This document shows, piece by piece, positions 62,294 through 64,000 of a DNA stretch of 64,000 nucleotides. Location: IMG/VR virus record IMGVR_UViG_3300045391_007586; one strand, written 5' to 3'. The position numbers and the translations under genes are program-made. Below the pieces are notes generated by a model. It made no database searches, was not told the origin of the DNA, and worked only from the letters and a program-made list of their open reading frames with translations. The stretch's first letter is position 1; each line of letters opens with the position of its first letter. The stretch is from a virus. Taxonomy: Duplodnaviria > Heunggongvirae > Uroviricota > Caudoviricetes.

Positions 62294-62950
62294 CTATTTG
62301 CGAATCGCTGGATTGAGAATGAAGGACTTCCCGCTCGCCACGACGATGTTCATCGGCTGCAACATGGCGACCGTGATCGATACGTGCGACCCGGCCGTGC
62401 CCTCGCTCTGCCCGAGCCGTTCCATGAACGCCTTCTTGAGCTGCGCCTTCGTGAAGCCACCCTTGAGCAGCAAGTCGCACGCAACGTTCAGGAACCGGGG
62501 CGGGTGATTCTCGAACGGGTTCTCCCCTTTCGAGAGTGCGACGATCGCACGCTCGATCATGTTCGCTTTCGCGAGCACGAGCGCCTGCGCCTTCGCCTTG
62601 ACGTTCCCGATGTTGGCGATCAGGTCCATCGTTCTCTGGTCGATCTCGAAGTCGACCTTGGCAACGACTGTCTTGCGTTCGATTGATTGCGGCAATGGCG
62701 CAGTCGTCGCAAGCGCGGTCTCCACGACGGCCGCTTCAGTCGGGTCCGGCGCCACGCCCATCTTCTTGCGCGCCTTCTCGTGCATATCGATCAGGTCTTT
62801 CACGTCGATGACAGTCCCGATCTCCGCGAGCGTCTTCAGCATCGCCTCGCCGCACTCCTTGTATGCGACGCACTGCTGGCAGTATTGCGAGTCAATCGCG
62901 TAGATGCTCGGGGACGCGAAGCATCCCGGAGCCTGAAGTTCTGGGTTCAT
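62294..62950 (-). CDS. hypothetical protein
   Basis: 218 aa. Confidence 0.5.
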   Translation of the reverse strand: MNPELQAPGCFASPSIYAIDSQYCQQCVAYKECGEAMLKTLAEIGTVIDVKDLIDMHEKARKKMGVAPDPTEAAVVETALATTAPLPQSIERKTVVAKVDFEIDQRTMDLIANIGNVKAKAQALVLAKANMIERAIVALSKGENPFENHPPRFLNVACDLLLKGGFTKAQLKKAFMERLGQSEGTAGSHVSITVAMLQPMNIVVASGKSFILNPAIRK

Positions 62951-62961
62951 TGCCGCCTCGA

Positions 62962-63993
62962 TTACGCTCCGAAGATACGCTGCGCCAGGCCATTCACGAC
63001 CGCCTGGTCGACCTTCGACAGCTTGTTCGTGAACGCGAGCGCGATGCCCTTGCTGAACGACGCCTTAGAGACGCCCAGACGCGCACCGTTGATCAGGGCG
63101 CGCGGCGAAATGATGTCGCTGATCTTCGAGCCGTCATACGCCTCGCGCACCTGCTTTGCGAACTGCGCCAGCTTTTTCGCATCATCCTCGACCAGACCCG
63201 CCTTCTGACGCAGAATGCGAATCTCATCCTTCTCGGACATGTATTTCTTGTGGATCGTCACGCCGAACCGGTCGAAGTTCGCCGAGTTCTGGATCGACGT
63301 GCCCTGATAGAGCCCGGTTTCGTCGCCTGAACCGTTGGTGTTACCCGTCGCGACGAAACGAAAATTCGGGTGCGGTCGAACGATGCGATTGGCGGCATCT
63401 GCCTCTTTGATGACCAGCGGCTTGCCTTCGAGCACCGGCTGATAGACCGACAGCACGTTCGGAAGCCCGAAATCGTATTCGTCGGCGAGATACGTCCAGC
63501 CGTTGAGCATCGCCATCGGCAGCGGCCCGAGTTCAAAGACGGTGTGACCGCCCTTCACCGTCCACTGACCGACGATGTGACTCTCTTCCGTATTGACCGT
63601 GTGCTGAACGCGCAGCAACGGGCGATTCGTGCGCGCACACACTTGCTCGAACAGCTCCGTCTTGCCCGAGCCCTTGTGACCCCAGACGAACACCGGCATG
63701 TCGAGCTCGAACCCGAGAACGACATCCTTCAGCTCTTCAGGGTCAAAGACGTAGCCTTCGTCGATTGCCGGCACGTAGTCCTGCTGTGAGTGCGGCGCGA
63801 ACACGTTGATCGGAATGGGCTTGCCCTTCGCCGAGAGCGTCTTCTTGTCTGCTTCGAGCCCGAAGACCTCATGAAACGGACGTTTCGTCGCCGGGAGTGA
63901 CAGCGAGACCGCTTCGGCCATTTCCGTGCGTGCAGCTTCAGCGGGCGCCTCACCGGAGAGTTCGCGCTTGCGCTCTGCGATCTTCACCTTCAT
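62962..63993 (-). CDS. AAA+ ATPase (AAA_5 / MoxR-CobS-like)
   Basis: Walker A GHKGSGKTE, Walker B LADEYD; about 340 aa, as in phage CobS-like ATPases. Confidence 0.7.
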   Translation of the reverse strand: MKVKIAERKRELSGEAPAEAARTEMAEAVSLSLPATKRPFHEVFGLEADKKTLSAKGKPIPINVFAPHSQQDYVPAIDEGYVFDPEELKDVVLGFELDMPVFVWGHKGSGKTELFEQVCARTNRPLLRVQHTVNTEESHIVGQWTVKGGHTVFELGPLPMAMLNGWTYLADEYDFGLPNVLSVYQPVLEGKPLVIKEADAANRIVRPHPNFRFVATGNTNGSGDETGLYQGTSIQNSANFDRFGVTIHKKYMSEKDEIRILRQKAGLVEDDAKKLAQFAKQVREAYDGSKISDIISPRALINGARLGVSKASFSKGIALAFTNKLSKVDQAVVNGLAQRIFGA

Positions 63994-64000
63994 GAACTCA

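Noticed and set aside
1-64000. Search for integrase, transposase or IS ends, CRISPR repeats and rRNA
   Set aside because: None found. There are no tyrosine or serine recombinase motifs, no DDE transposase, no regularly spaced short repeats with unique spacers and no rRNA-like segments. The repeats present are promoter-like motifs and iteron-like units instead.

Overview
The window is GC-rich and looks like part of a large phage or prophage genome. About 90% of it is coded on the minus strand as long runs of tightly packed, often overlapping genes. Recognisable modules, in order: terminase small and large subunits (1-1397); an early-type operon with a winged-helix regulator, thioredoxin, a standalone ABC ATPase, an HExxH peptidase-like protein and two ParB-like nuclease-domain proteins (1885-6918); a plus-strand island with an SF2 helicase and small secreted or zinc-finger proteins, one behind a LexA-type SOS box (7006-10500); an ATP-dependent DNA ligase; a 1.7 kb mostly non-coding region with iteron-like direct repeats (12.9-14.5 kb); about 30 small hypothetical genes (14.5-22.8 kb); a lower-GC host-like cargo island with a MocR/GntR regulator, an XRE regulator and two EAL c-di-GMP phosphodiesterases (22.9-28.4 kb); then a replication and nucleotide-metabolism block. 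That last block holds a DnaQ-like exonuclease, an SPFH protein, a radical SAM/SPASM enzyme translationally coupled to a Cys/Asn-repeat protein ending in a Hint-like domain, a tail fibre with a C-terminal S74 chaperone, RtcB, a P-loop kinase, a MazG-like protein, a 2OG-Fe oxygenase, ThyX, a PanD-like decarboxylase, NrdAB, a RuvC-like resolvase, SbcCD-like nucleases, a cell-wall hydrolase, a RecA/UvsX-like recombinase, a FEN/RNase H-like nuclease, a gp32-like SSB, a DnaE polymerase with a C-terminal UDG-like domain, and a CobS-like AAA ATPase. Two families of conserved motifs, each oriented with the downstream gene, sit 10-60 bp upstream of dozens of start codons; they are probably phage promoter or operator classes. 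No integrase, transposase, CRISPR array, rRNA or convincing tRNA was found. Coordinates of trimmed starts come from codon counting in the supplied ORF track; several ORF-track 'M' starts are alternative TTG/GTG codons.
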